Positions 18,353-28,213 of a DNA stretch of 64,000 nt are shown here, piece by piece (position 1 is the stretch's first letter; every line of letters starts with the position of its first letter). A program made the translations under genes and the position numbers. The stretch comes from Candidatus Latescibacterota bacterium. Lineage in GTDB: Bacteria; Latescibacterota; UBA2968; UBA8231. The stretch lies in the NCBI GenBank assembly GCA_965206595.1, contig OZ242214.1, forward strand, positions 6,848,001 to 6,912,000. Direction: 5' to 3'. A model generated the notes under the pieces. The model was not told the origin of the DNA, did not search any database, and saw only the letters and a program-made list of their open reading frames with translations.

Positions 18353-20971
18353 ATGAAGTGGACATTGGCAGCGGCGGCGTTGTGGATGGTGGCACCGGCG
18401 TCAACGCCATCCGGGGCCGAGCCGGCGGACCGTCCGCGCGAGAACATCGCGTTGGGAGCGAGCTACACCCTGGAGCCGAATCCGAATTACGGGCTTTGCA
18501 CGGACCCCGGTGACCACGAGCAACTGACGGACGGGGTGTACACGGACGGCTATTTCTGGGCACAGCAGTCGACGGTGGGCTGGCAGGAAAAGACACCTTC
18601 GATCCTGACGCTGGACCTGGGTACGGTGAGGCCCATACGGGGGGTCTCGTTCAGTACGGCGGCGGGGTTTGCAGACGTGAGGTGGCCGCTGACGATCCGC
18701 ATCCTGGTGGCGGGGGAAGCCAAGGAGTTCCATGAAATCGGGGAGCTGGTGCAGTTGAGCGCGGAACAACACGGTCCGTTCGCACCGACGAAAGCGAGCG
18801 ATGCCATGTGGGCCCGGGAGGGCATGGGTTTCAATGAGGCGGAGATACATCATCATTACGACGGCAACCGGGATCGGTACCCGCCGGAGCTCGCCCCCGA
18901 AGTGCGTCAGCAGATCCTCCGCGATCTCAACGAAGAGCGCGCCGCCCGGTATGGGACGCATCGGTACTGGACGGACCGGCTGCGGACGCACGGCCGCTAT
19001 GTCAGCCTGGTGGTGTGGAGCGAGCCGTACACGTTCGTGGACGAGATCGAGGTCTACGCGGGAGAGCCGGAGTGGGTGGATGAGCCGCTGCCGGGTCCGG
19101 CCATCGCGGACGTGAAGGCGTATGCGGGCCGGATCGCCATCCAGAAAGGGATCCGGACGCGCCTTGTTGGGGACATCGAGGCCCTGAGGAAGGAGGCGGC
19201 GGATGAGGGGGTCCCGGTGCAGACGCGGAAGGATGTTCTGGGCGAGTTGGCGGCCGTGGAAGGGGAGTTGGGGCCGGCCACGGACTTCGGGGATGACTTC
19301 CAGGCGGTGCTGCCGTTGAATGCGTGGCACGAACGGGTGTTGCGCACGCAGGCGTGGCTGTGGCGCGCCCGGGGCCTGGAGCCGCTTGCGTTCTGGCGTT
19401 CGAACCTGTGGGATCCGCTTCCCCTAACCGGCATGCCGGACACCGCGGCGGAACCGGCCGTCGAGGTGCACATGATGCGGAAGGAATACCGCGCCGCGGC
19501 GTTCAATGTGAGCAACAGCAGTGACGGACCGATGCAGGTGGCGTTCCGTTTGAGCGGGCTGCCCGGGGGCGACAATCCGGAGTATGTGACCGTTCACGAG
19601 GTGGCATGGACCGACACGCGGAGCGGGGTGCCGGTGGCGGCGGCACTGCCTGAGGTTTCTGCCGAGAACAATCTGTATACGGTCTCCGTGCCCTCGGGCA
19701 TGACGCGGCAAGTGTGGCTCACCTTCCATCCGGTGGACGTGGAGCCGGGCACCTATGAGGGCGAGGTCGTCGTGGCGTCCGTGCCGGGGGGCAAGCGGTT
19801 CCCGTTGCGCATGCACCTGTATCCGCTGGACTTCCCGGAGAAGCAGTCGCTTCACTTCGGCGGATGGGACTACACGGACCGGGTCGGTCACTTCCGCTTT
19901 CTGACGGAGCAGAACCGGCCGGCGATCATCGAGCACCTGCGCGAACACCTCGTCGACTCGCCTTGGGCCCTCAAGCTGGCGCTGCCGCGGGGCACCCACG
20001 ATGCGCAGGGGGGAATGACTTCGCCGCCCGACACCGGCTACTTCGATGCCTGGATCGAATTGTGGCCGGATGCGGCCCAGTACCTCGTGTTCGCGAAAGT
20101 TGGCAGGCAGTTCGAGTCGTGGCCCATGGGCACGCCGGAGTTCAACACGGCGGTCAAGGCGTGGATCACGTTCTGGGCGGAGCATATGGTGGCCAAGGGG
20201 TTGCAGCCGGAACAGTTGGCGCTGCTCCTCGTGGACGAGCCTGACGAGCCGTTCATGGACGAGCGCATTCTGGCGTGGGCGAAGCCGATCCGCGAAGCCG
20301 ACACGGGAGTCCGCATCTGGGAGGATACCAACCACCGGGACATGGACCGGGCGAATCAGGAGATGATCGATGCCTGCCACGTCCTGTGCCCGAACTACGC
20401 GGCCTTCCTGAGACAGGGCCAGGATTATCGCGACTACTACCTGAAGAAGCGGGATCAGGGGATCGGGTTGGAGTTCTACGCGGCGTGGACGGGCAGGGTC
20501 TTCGATCCGTACGCCGGCCGCCTCATGGCGTGGACGAGCTGGCGTTATGGAGCGACGGCCATCTACATGTGGTCGCTGACCGACACGGGCGGAGCGTCAT
20601 CCTGGAACGAGTATCTCACCTTCAAGGATGCGTACTCGCCAATCTTCCTCGACGAGGACTCGGTGACCGCCGGGAAACACCTCGAGGCGGCCCGGGAAGG
20701 GATGGAGGACTACGATTACTTCTCCATGCTGGAGCGGGCGGTCCGGAAGGCGTCCGCGCAGGGAAGGACGGGGCCGGAGGTGGCGGAGGCGCGCCGGTTG
20801 CTGGAAAGTCTGCCGGCCCGTGTCTGTGATGCTGCGGGCCACGGGGGCGGGATCGCCTCCGACGAGCCCCTGGGCGGCTTTCACTGGCTCAACGAGAAAG
20901 TGGACCGCACGCTGGCGGACGAAGCGCGGATCCGGGTGTTGGCGGCGTTGACGGCTCTGGCTGAGCTCTGA
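18353..20971 (+). CDS. Secreted protein with N-terminal discoidin/CBM-like domain and putative glycoside hydrolase (GH123/DUF4091-like) domain
   Basis: Signal peptide; NIALGASY..LTDG..TLDLG..FVDEIEVY; VDEP putative catalytic motif; C-terminal EAAREGMEDYDY. Confidence 0.65.
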   Translation: MKWTLAAAALWMVAPASTPSGAEPADRPRENIALGASYTLEPNPNYGLCTDPGDHEQLTDGVYTDGYFWAQQSTVGWQEKTPSILTLDLGTVRPIRGVSFSTAAGFADVRWPLTIRILVAGEAKEFHEIGELVQLSAEQHGPFAPTKASDAMWAREGMGFNEAEIHHHYDGNRDRYPPELAPEVRQQILRDLNEERAARYGTHRYWTDRLRTHGRYVSLVVWSEPYTFVDEIEVYAGEPEWVDEPLPGPAIADVKAYAGRIAIQKGIRTRLVGDIEALRKEAADEGVPVQTRKDVLGELAAVEGELGPATDFGDDFQAVLPLNAWHERVLRTQAWLWRARGLEPLAFWRSNLWDPLPLTGMPDTAAEPAVEVHMMRKEYRAAAFNVSNSSDGPMQVAFRLSGLPGGDNPEYVTVHEVAWTDTRSGVPVAAALPEVSAENNLYTVSVPSGMTRQVWLTFHPVDVEPGTYEGEVVVASVPGGKRFPLRMHLYPLDFPEKQSLHFGGWDYTDRVGHFRFLTEQNRPAIIEHLREHLVDSPWALKLALPRGTHDAQGGMTSPPDTGYFDAWIELWPDAAQYLVFAKVGRQFESWPMGTPEFNTAVKAWITFWAEHMVAKGLQPEQLALLLVDEPDEPFMDERILAWAKPIREADTGVRIWEDTNHRDMDRANQEMIDACHVLCPNYAAFLRQGQDYRDYYLKKRDQGIGLEFYAAWTGRVFDPYAGRLMAWTSWRYGATAIYMWSLTDTGGASSWNEYLTFKDAYSPIFLDEDSVTAGKHLEAAREGMEDYDYFSMLERAVRKASAQGRTGPEVAEARRLLESLPARVCDAAGHGGGIASDEPLGGFHWLNEKVDRTLADEARIRVLAALTALAEL

Positions 20972-20997
20972 GCTCAGGCGTTTTGGTGTGGGTGCGA

Positions 20998-21903
20998 TCA
21001 GTCGGCGGGACTTCGGTCCAGTGTCTCCAGCCAGCGATACCCATAGCTTGGAACGTCCGGGGACGCGGGGGTTTCCTCCCCGGCGAACATGTCGAAGCGC
21101 TCGACTCGCAGACGATAACTGTACCCGTGCCACGGGTTGAAACCGACGATTTCGCTGCGAAACGCCTCCCCATTGACCACGTTGCAGTACACCTGGTTGC
21201 CGCCGCCGCAGTCGATCCGGTGCGGGGCGACGGTTATCTCTTCTTCGATCCCGGCGGCTTCGGTCTTCGAGACGAGCGAATTCAATACGTACCTGCCGTC
21301 GCTGTACCTGTTTACGTCGAGGGTGTAGTAATAGCCGGCCTCGTATTCGAAACCGGTGACTATGTCGGTGTACGGGGCGCCGTCAACCAACAGGCAGAAG
21401 TCGTCGATCTGCGAACATTTCACCCGCGCCGGTCCCAGGGACACAGTCGCCGGACTAGATGCGGCGGGGGTCTTTTCCAGCTGTTCCAGCAGGCGATAAG
21501 CGTATCGGCCGGCATCCTGCGGCGGCTCCTTTCCATCCCAGGGGTCGTACTTCTCGATTCGCAGGCGATAGTCGTAGCCCGCTTCGTAATCGAAGCCCTC
21601 GATCGCATCGTAGAACAGGAAACCGTCAACCACCATGCAGGTCCGTTCGCCCACGCCGTAGCATCTGGCCAGAGTCGGGCCCACCGTCACCACCTGCGCC
21701 GTTCCGGAAACATCGGAGGTCTCCGGTCGGGCCGTGAAATCGTCGACGACACTGCTGCTTCTGCTGTTGTCGATGCCGGCTACCGGCTCCGAGAAGGTCA
21801 CGGCGCTGGAGATGCGCTTGGCTGCCGACTGACTCCCGACCGGATTGTTGTCTCGATAGCAGGAGGCAAAAATCAAAGCGGCGAGGAAAACCACGAACGG
21901 CAT
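20998..21903 (-). CDS. Lipoprotein with three tandem DUF4377-like domains
   Basis: Lipobox IFASC; three repeats V.P....C......C..V.G..F...I.GF.YE.GY.Y.L.V. Confidence 0.8.
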   Translation of the reverse strand: MPFVVFLAALIFASCYRDNNPVGSQSAAKRISSAVTFSEPVAGIDNSRSSSVVDDFTARPETSDVSGTAQVVTVGPTLARCYGVGERTCMVVDGFLFYDAIEGFDYEAGYDYRLRIEKYDPWDGKEPPQDAGRYAYRLLEQLEKTPAASSPATVSLGPARVKCSQIDDFCLLVDGAPYTDIVTGFEYEAGYYYTLDVNRYSDGRYVLNSLVSKTEAAGIEEEITVAPHRIDCGGGNQVYCNVVNGEAFRSEIVGFNPWHGYSYRLRVERFDMFAGEETPASPDVPSYGYRWLETLDRSPAD

Positions 21904-22021
21904 GGGAGGGGTTCTCTCTTCCTTGACATTGTCATGACAGGTCCATCGGGACGGATTCGTCGAGGCTCCTTTTGCCTCTTGCATTTCTTCATTGCCCAGC
22001 GGTAGAACTCACAGGCAGAAG

Positions 22022-23008
22022 TCAGGTGTTGAGAGCTGGCCCCCAGTATTTCCAGAGGTTCTCCGACACGTCGTAGCGCTCGAGCTTCCGGCCCGGGTGA
22101 CCGGGTGGCAGAAAGCCTGTCGCCTCCGCTTGCTCGTCAGACTCCGAAGTTCTGCCGACGTTCGGTGACCGCGCCGGGGGCGACCATGGCGTGCCATCCT
22201 TGTCGGGAAACATGACCATGGGTGCCTGCTCGCGCATTAGCCTGTGGCAGTACCGTGCAAACTGCGCAACCCGCGGTTGCCGTGATCCCGCGGCGTTGGC
22301 CGAGCCGACGTGCGTAGTGAGGCCGTGCAACAGCATTGCATCGCCAGCTCGCCCCGTCATGCATGCCACTTCCCCCACATTGGGATCCCCCTCCAGGAGG
22401 GCCCGGTGCCCGCCGCTTTTCACGGGCTCCGTGAAGAGGTAGGAGCCGTCGAATTGCTCGGGGTGCTCGAGGAAGTACCGGTGGTTCGCCAGGTGCGACC
22501 TCGGCCACCAGGCCGTGCCTCCGCCCCTGGGGCTGCTGACGTCCCAGAGCAGCACGGCGAAGAACGCCATGAACCCGCCGCCCCAGCCTGTCGCGTACCC
22601 ATCGAGGTGACCTTCGACAGGGGGGGCCCACTCCGTGCCCGGCTCGCTCGGCAGGATCACCCGCGTCATCGGCACCTGCGGCGTCCACGGCTGCCCCGCT
22701 GGGTGGGAGGGGGCAAAGGCGCCGCCACCGATCTGCTCCACGATGGACCGCAGGTTCGGCAACTCGTACAGGCCGGGACTGAACTCTGGCCAACCACCCT
22801 CGGGTGCATAGCGCCCAGGGGGCCAAGTGGTGCCGGGATCGTCGAGGTCGACGCCGTCTGAGCAGGCAGCGCGTACCTGGTCCTGCCACCCGCCAAGCAC
22901 ATCGGGAGGTACCAATCCCGGAATCGGGAGCGCGCCCTCTGCTTTGAACTCGTCCAGCTGGGCAGGCGACAGCAGCATCCCGGGCCCGCAACTTTCTGAT
23001 TTATTCAT
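22022..23008 (-). CDS. Phytanoyl-CoA dioxygenase (PhyH)-like 2OG-Fe(II) oxygenase
   Basis: LSPAQLDEFKAEG, GHLDG, WPRSH, AGDAMLLHGLTTH..N..R. Confidence 0.8.
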   Translation of the reverse strand: MNKSESCGPGMLLSPAQLDEFKAEGALPIPGLVPPDVLGGWQDQVRAACSDGVDLDDPGTTWPPGRYAPEGGWPEFSPGLYELPNLRSIVEQIGGGAFAPSHPAGQPWTPQVPMTRVILPSEPGTEWAPPVEGHLDGYATGWGGGFMAFFAVLLWDVSSPRGGGTAWWPRSHLANHRYFLEHPEQFDGSYLFTEPVKSGGHRALLEGDPNVGEVACMTGRAGDAMLLHGLTTHVGSANAAGSRQPRVAQFARYCHRLMREQAPMVMFPDKDGTPWSPPARSPNVGRTSESDEQAEATGFLPPGHPGRKLERYDVSENLWKYWGPALNT

Positions 23009-23539
23009 TGATCAACACTCCATTTGGTAAATTCGGGACCATCCGAATCTTCGTAGTAATCCTTCAGCATTTCAAGCCCCAACTGCTTCTTCCTATGGGG
23101 CCTACCATTAGGAACTTCTCCTGATGGATACGACTACGCTACGCTGTGGTTGCTGGATCTGCAACGAAGGCAATGGCATATCAGGTGCAAGTGGACGCGC
23201 TGAGCCGAATGCCGCCGATCGCGACCGCATCGTACCGGGGTCGCAGGAAGCGCCTACGGAGGGACGCTGCGAATCGAGGATGCGCAGACGCCCCGACGCC
23301 AGGGCCGGCCGGACCACGGCGGCATAAGCGTTCGAGCCCCTGCCGGTCAGGGGCCGCGATCCGCGTGTAGCGGCATGCAGCGAAAAGCCGCGCGAGGCGA
23401 AGCACAAGGGCGCTGTACGCACCCCGGTTGCCGGATCTTGCAGGAACCTCGCAAGCGCTGGCCGGCGCGTGCCCCGCCGGGCTGCGCGAAGCGAAGGGCT
23501 GGCAGAAGACGATCCCCCCGTTGCGCGGCGGCAGGACAG

Positions 23540-23798
23540 CGCTACCTGGAGCGCACCACTGCGATGCTCCGCAGGTCCGGATGGCGGGTGGTCAACGTCG
23601 ATGCTACAATTATCCCTCCAGCGCCCCAGGCTCTCGGAGTACATCCCGGCCATGCAGTGGGCCATCGCCGCCGCGCTGGGTGTGGAGCTCTCCGCCGGGA
23701 GCCTCAAGGCCACCACCGAGGACGGCCTCGGGTATACCGGCTCAGAAACGGGGGCAGCGGCCATGGCCGTGGCATCCATCACAGGCGGCAACCCATGA
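23540..23798 (+). pseudogene. ispF: ispF remnant (3' half, frameshifted)
   Basis: YLERTTAMLRRSGWRVVNVDATII then, in another frame, QRPRLSEYIPAM..IAAALG..KATTEDGLGYTGSETGAAAMAVA; N-terminus absent. Confidence 0.8.
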
Positions 23799-24557
23799 AA
23801 ACTCTCCGACACCCTCACCGGCGAGAAGCGCGATTTCGCACCCGCTGGCGATGAGGTTCGCATCTACGTCTGCGGCGTCACCCCCTACTCTTCCGCGCAC
23901 GTCGGCCACGCGATGAGCTGCATCATCTTCGACGTACTCCATCGCTACCTGGAGTTCCGGGGCTTCACCGTCCGCCGTGTCCAGAACTTCACGGACATAG
24001 ACGACAAGCTCATCGACCGCGCCATCCAGGAAGGCACGACCGTCAAGGCACTGGCCGAGCAGCACATCGCCGAATACTTCGCGAACATGGCAGCGCTCAA
24101 CGTACGCGAGGCCGACGAGTACCCCCGCGCTACGCAGGAGGTGCCGATGATCATCGAGGTAATCTCCGGCCTCATCAACAGCGGCCACGCCTACGAGTCC
24201 AACGGCGACGTCTACTTCCGCGTCCGCAGCGACGACCAGAACGGCAAGCTCAGCCGCCGCTCACTGGACGCGATGCGGGCAGGCGCGCGCATCGAGCCGA
24301 GCGTGCAGAAGGAGCACCCCATGGACTTCGCGCTCTGGAAGTCGGCCAAGCCCGGCGAGCCGTCGTGGGAGAGTCCGTGGGGCGTCGGACGCCCCGGCTG
24401 GCACATCGAGTGCTCCACGATGGCGCTGCGCAACCTCGGCGAGAGCATACGCGACTTCGCTGGCGCCGACGCCGTCCGTGAGCAGCTCACGGCGATGGGC
24501 ATCGAACTCACGGACTCGCCGCCCTGCACAACCTGGCGCGTCGTGGGGAAAGATTGA
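23795..24557 (+). pseudogene. cysS: Cysteinyl-tRNA synthetase remnant (frameshift after codon 2, large internal deletion)
   Basis: IYVCGVTPY..HVGH, NFTDIDDK, PRAT, DFALWK, GRPGWHIECSTM, then a jump to the C-terminal RDFAGADAVREQL..GIEL.D; KMSKS region absent. Confidence 0.9.
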
Positions 24558-24595
24558 TTGATGAAGTCAGAAGACATAGCTAAGGAGAACGACGG

Positions 24596-26072
24596 ATGTT
24601 GAAAGAATTACACCTCACCAACTTCAAGGCGTGGCGAAGACTGGAAATGCGCCTTGGAAGGATCACCGGCGTATTCGGTACGAACAGCTCCGGTAAGAGC
24701 AGTCTGCTCGAGTTCCTGCTCTTGCTGAAGCAGACCAAGACTGCGACAAATCGTGGCCTTGTATTGGATTTCGGCGGTCCTGGCGAACTAGTCAACATGG
24801 GAGGTTACCGAGATGTCGTCAATCGAGGAGACGAAGGACTTGACATCGAATGGACGCTGAACTGGGGACTGTCTGATGAACTCAGGATACGCGACCCGTC
24901 AGGCCGACGTACGGACGTACTAATGAAGGACCACAACCTGCAAACGAGCTGCTGCATTGGACTAAGGGGTCCGAATCTCACCACACGTCGTGTCAAGTAC
25001 AGGTTCGCCAATACCGAGTTCTTCATTGAGTCCAAAGCCGAGCGTCCTTCAGAGTTCGTTTTACTATCGCACGGCGCTCATGAACTCCATTTCATACGAA
25101 ATCAAGGACGTAAATGGGCGCTTCCAGAACCGGTCAAGACACACCTTTTCCCTGATCAAGCGCAGACCTACTTCCAGAATACCAGCTTTCTGAGTCAATT
25201 CCAAGCCGAATACGAAGCTCTGATGGATAGTGTATTCTATCTCGGACCGCTCCGCGAGTATCCGCAACGTGAATACCGATGGTCAGGAGCAAGTCCTGTC
25301 GATGTCGGGCCACGCGGGGAACACAGCGTTGATGCGATTCTTGCGGCTACATCGCGTAATGAGAGAATGAATCTTGAGCCCCGAGGGAAGCTCAAGACGT
25401 TCCAGGAAATGATTGCGCATTGGCTACAAGAGCTCGATTTGATTCATTCGTTTGAGATCAGAGAGATTGCACAGGGTTCGAACCTCTATCATGCGCGTGT
25501 ACGAGCGAATGCATCGAGTCCCGAAACGATGTTGACGGACGTCGGGTTTGGCGTCTCTAAGTGTCGAGATCAGAGAGATTGCACAGGGTTCGAACCTCTA
25601 TCATGCGCGTGTACGAGCGAATGCATCGAGTCCCGAAACGATGTTGACGGACGTCGGGTTTGGCGTCTCTAAAGTCCTCCCCGTGCTAGTGCTGTTGTAT
25701 TACGTACCAGAGGGCTCGATCGTCCTGATGGAGCAGCCGGAGATCCACCTGCATCCATCGGTGCAAAGCGGACTAGCTGACGTGATGCTGGCGGTAGCCA
25801 GACGACGCAACGTACAGATCATCGTGGAAAGCCACAGTGAGCATCTCCTGCGTCGTTTCCAGCGACGCGCCGCTGAGGGAGAAGCCGATTCATCCGATCT
25901 CAAACTCTACTTCGTGAGCAACAACCGTGGAGTCGCGAAACTCAATGACTTGGCCCTGAACGAGTTTGGCGAGATAGAGAACTGGCCCGACCACTTCTTC
26001 GGAGACGAAATGGGAGAGATCGCAGCGATCAGCGAAGCATCGCTCAAGAGACGAATAGAAGCGTCGAGATGA
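24596..26072 (+). CDS. ABC/AAA_21-type ATPase with DUF3696-like C-terminus, interrupted by an internal tandem duplication
   Basis: Walker A GTNSSGKSS, YLGPLR, DVGFGVS signature, MEQPEIHLHP, ESHSEH, NWPDHFF; split into ORFs 24596..25672 and 25548..26072. Confidence 0.85.
25454..25672. repeat. 107-bp exact tandem duplication with 5-bp linker
   Basis: gagatcagagagattgc...ggcgtctctaa at 25454-25560 and 25566-25672; period 112 shifts the frame. Confidence 0.9.
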
Positions 26073-26557
26073 CCAGTATTGTGGTGGATACCAACGTCGC
26101 TATCGCCGCCAACGGGAAGAACACTCATGCGGATCTGGACTGCCAACTGGCTTGCGTCGAAACGCTCAAAGCCGTGTGCCGCGATGCGGTAATCGTTCTT
26201 GACGACGGCAACCTCATTTTCGATGAGTACAAGGATCGGTTTAGTTTCGCAGGTGCTCCAGGAGTAGGAGATGCATTCTTCAAGCACGTGCACGATCACA
26301 TGTACGGTAGACAACGCGTGCGTCAGGTCTCGATTACGCCCTGCAACGATGGGCGCCGCAGCTTCGTCGAGCTGCCGGAAAACGAGATGGATGCGTCGGA
26401 TCGCAAGTTCCTCGCCGTCGCCGTGGTTGCTGAGGCCGGGATTCTCAACGCCACGGACAGCGACTGGAGCGAGCAGGAAGCGCTGACACGCGAGTTGGGA
26501 GTGAGCGTGCGCCAACTGTGTCCGCAGCATGCACGGAGATCCGCAAAAGAGCAATGA
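26069..26557 (+). CDS. PIN-like domain protein
   Basis: IVVDTNV N-terminus, DEY, DASDRKFLAVA, ATDSDW; ATGA overlap with the ATPase. Confidence 0.7.
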   Translation: MTSIVVDTNVAIAANGKNTHADLDCQLACVETLKAVCRDAVIVLDDGNLIFDEYKDRFSFAGAPGVGDAFFKHVHDHMYGRQRVRQVSITPCNDGRRSFVELPENEMDASDRKFLAVAVVAEAGILNATDSDWSEQEALTRELGVSVRQLCPQHARRSAKEQ

Positions 26558-27231
26558 GTGCAACTCTCCGGGCCGCCTCTCGAGTGTGGAAGTACCCTCG
26601 AACTCCGTACTGGCCGTACTCGCCAGCGCACTCCCGAGATGGAGACGCTCTGGCCGATCCTACGCGGTTTGTGGGGGGGGCGGTCGTGGTTCCCGAGAAG
26701 CTGGACGGGAGCAACACGCTGCTGCACGAGGGCGACGTTTATGCACGCAGCGTGTCCGCTCCTGCAACCGCGAAGTGGCTGGGGATGGTCAGGAAGCATC
26801 ATGCGTGGAAGGTCACCGGTTCGGACGTATTTCTCTATGGCGAAGAGATATACGGTGTGCACAGCATCGCGTATGACCCGGTCCCCGAAGACGCGACCTT
26901 CTATGCGTTCGCGCTGCGCTACGGAGATGGGTCGTTCGCCTCGTTCCGGGAGATGGCGGACTACGCGCGGTCGCGTGCCATCCCGGTGGTGCCGGTTCTG
27001 TTCGAGGGGACGTTCGGCTCCGTGCAGCAGGTTCGCGACTTCGTCAGCGAAGCGCACGCCCAGCCGTCAGCGCTGGGCGGGGAGCGGGAGGGCGTAGTGT
27101 TGCGCCTTGCGGCCGGGTTCCCGGCGGCGGACTTCGAGCACTGCGTCTGCAAGAGCGTTCGGGTGGGTCACGTACAATCGGACGAACATTGGTCGAAGCG
27201 CTGGCGGCCATGCCGCATAGCGAGCCGGTGA
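26554..27231 (+). CDS. ATP-dependent RNA ligase family protein (Rnl2-like nucleotidyltransferase core)
   Basis: KYPRTP, EKLDGSN (motif I), YGE, FYAF, VPVLF, EGVVLR, K.VR..HVQSDEHW; ATGA overlap. Confidence 0.85.
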   Translation: MSATLRAASRVWKYPRTPYWPYSPAHSRDGDALADPTRFVGGAVVVPEKLDGSNTLLHEGDVYARSVSAPATAKWLGMVRKHHAWKVTGSDVFLYGEEIYGVHSIAYDPVPEDATFYAFALRYGDGSFASFREMADYARSRAIPVVPVLFEGTFGSVQQVRDFVSEAHAQPSALGGEREGVVLRLAAGFPAADFEHCVCKSVRVGHVQSDEHWSKRWRPCRIASR

Positions 27232-27457
27232 GGGAGCCGGCCAACGAGGAACAAGTGCCCCGGAGGAATGTGGGTCAGATGCCGAGGTCGTACTGCTCGT
27301 AGTCGGTCAGGACGGCCTCGCGGTTCGTGTCGTGTTCATCAGATAGCCGCTTGCGGGTAAACGCCCCAACAAGCGGGCATACGGGAGCCTGACTTCGCGG
27401 GATGCCAGCGCGGTACGGCTCTCTATTTTATGGTCTCCGGCAAGGAAAATCGCGCCA

Positions 27458-28211
27458 GTGCCTTTCCTGAAGTTACATGGTATTGCATTCGCAAGCCTGT
27501 TGGTTTTGCATTCATCCGTTGGGTTCGCCGAAAAAAAACATGGTGTAGGTATCGATATTGGCGTATCAAATTACACAAGCCGTGACGATTTGGCGTCGCC
27601 CCTGTCCTATGGCGGACCGGGCCAGACAATTGGGGCCTTCTATGACTATAGAGGGGCAAAGAATCGGCATTGGGTGGGCGTCGCATATAGGACCGGTAAA
27701 TTGAGACCTTTGTCGTCGGCAAGTTCCGCGGACCACTATTACGGGCTCATCCAATACGGTTATGCGCGCCCGTTGTCAGGGGATTCCAGGGCAGTTATGA
27801 CATGGTGGTTCGGCGGAATCTGGGATAATATGGTTTCGGCAAGAGATTATTCCTTTGGCGCCCGTGCATTGAGAGGACCACCAATCGGCACAGCGGCCTC
27901 GACGCTCAACATGGTCATTTTGTGTGAGCTGCCGCGCCCTGAAAATCGCAGGGTTGTCTTCTCTCTGTCAGCCCCGTTTCTGGGCTATCTGTTTCGAAAC
28001 GGATATGCGGTGAGCGACTTTTCAGGGGGGGGTCATAACCAGCTTGAACAGTTACCAGCGAATTCGGTTTTCCGCCCAATATGAACACACTCTGGACGGT
28101 TATTGGACGCTCCGCCTTGCCTACAGTTTTATGTATCATCGATATGTTCAACCCTTAACGACGGTCTCAATCTTTCACGTCCTGCGTGCGGGCCTGTCGT
28201 TCCAATTCTGA
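27458..28211 (+). pseudogene. Outer-membrane beta-barrel protein frameshifted at a G8 tract
   Basis: Signal peptide, RDDLASPLSYGG; removing one G from 28025-28032 extends the frame to ...VLRAGLSFQF-TGA(28211), a terminal-Phe barrel signature. Confidence 0.7.
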
Positions 28212-28213
28212 GA

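Noticed and set aside
23005-23130. Short minus-strand frame (..GRPHRKKQLGLEMLKDYYEDSDGPEFTKWSVDQ*) overlapping the PhyH start
   Set aside because: Looks like a gene tail, but it has no start and no recognisable family
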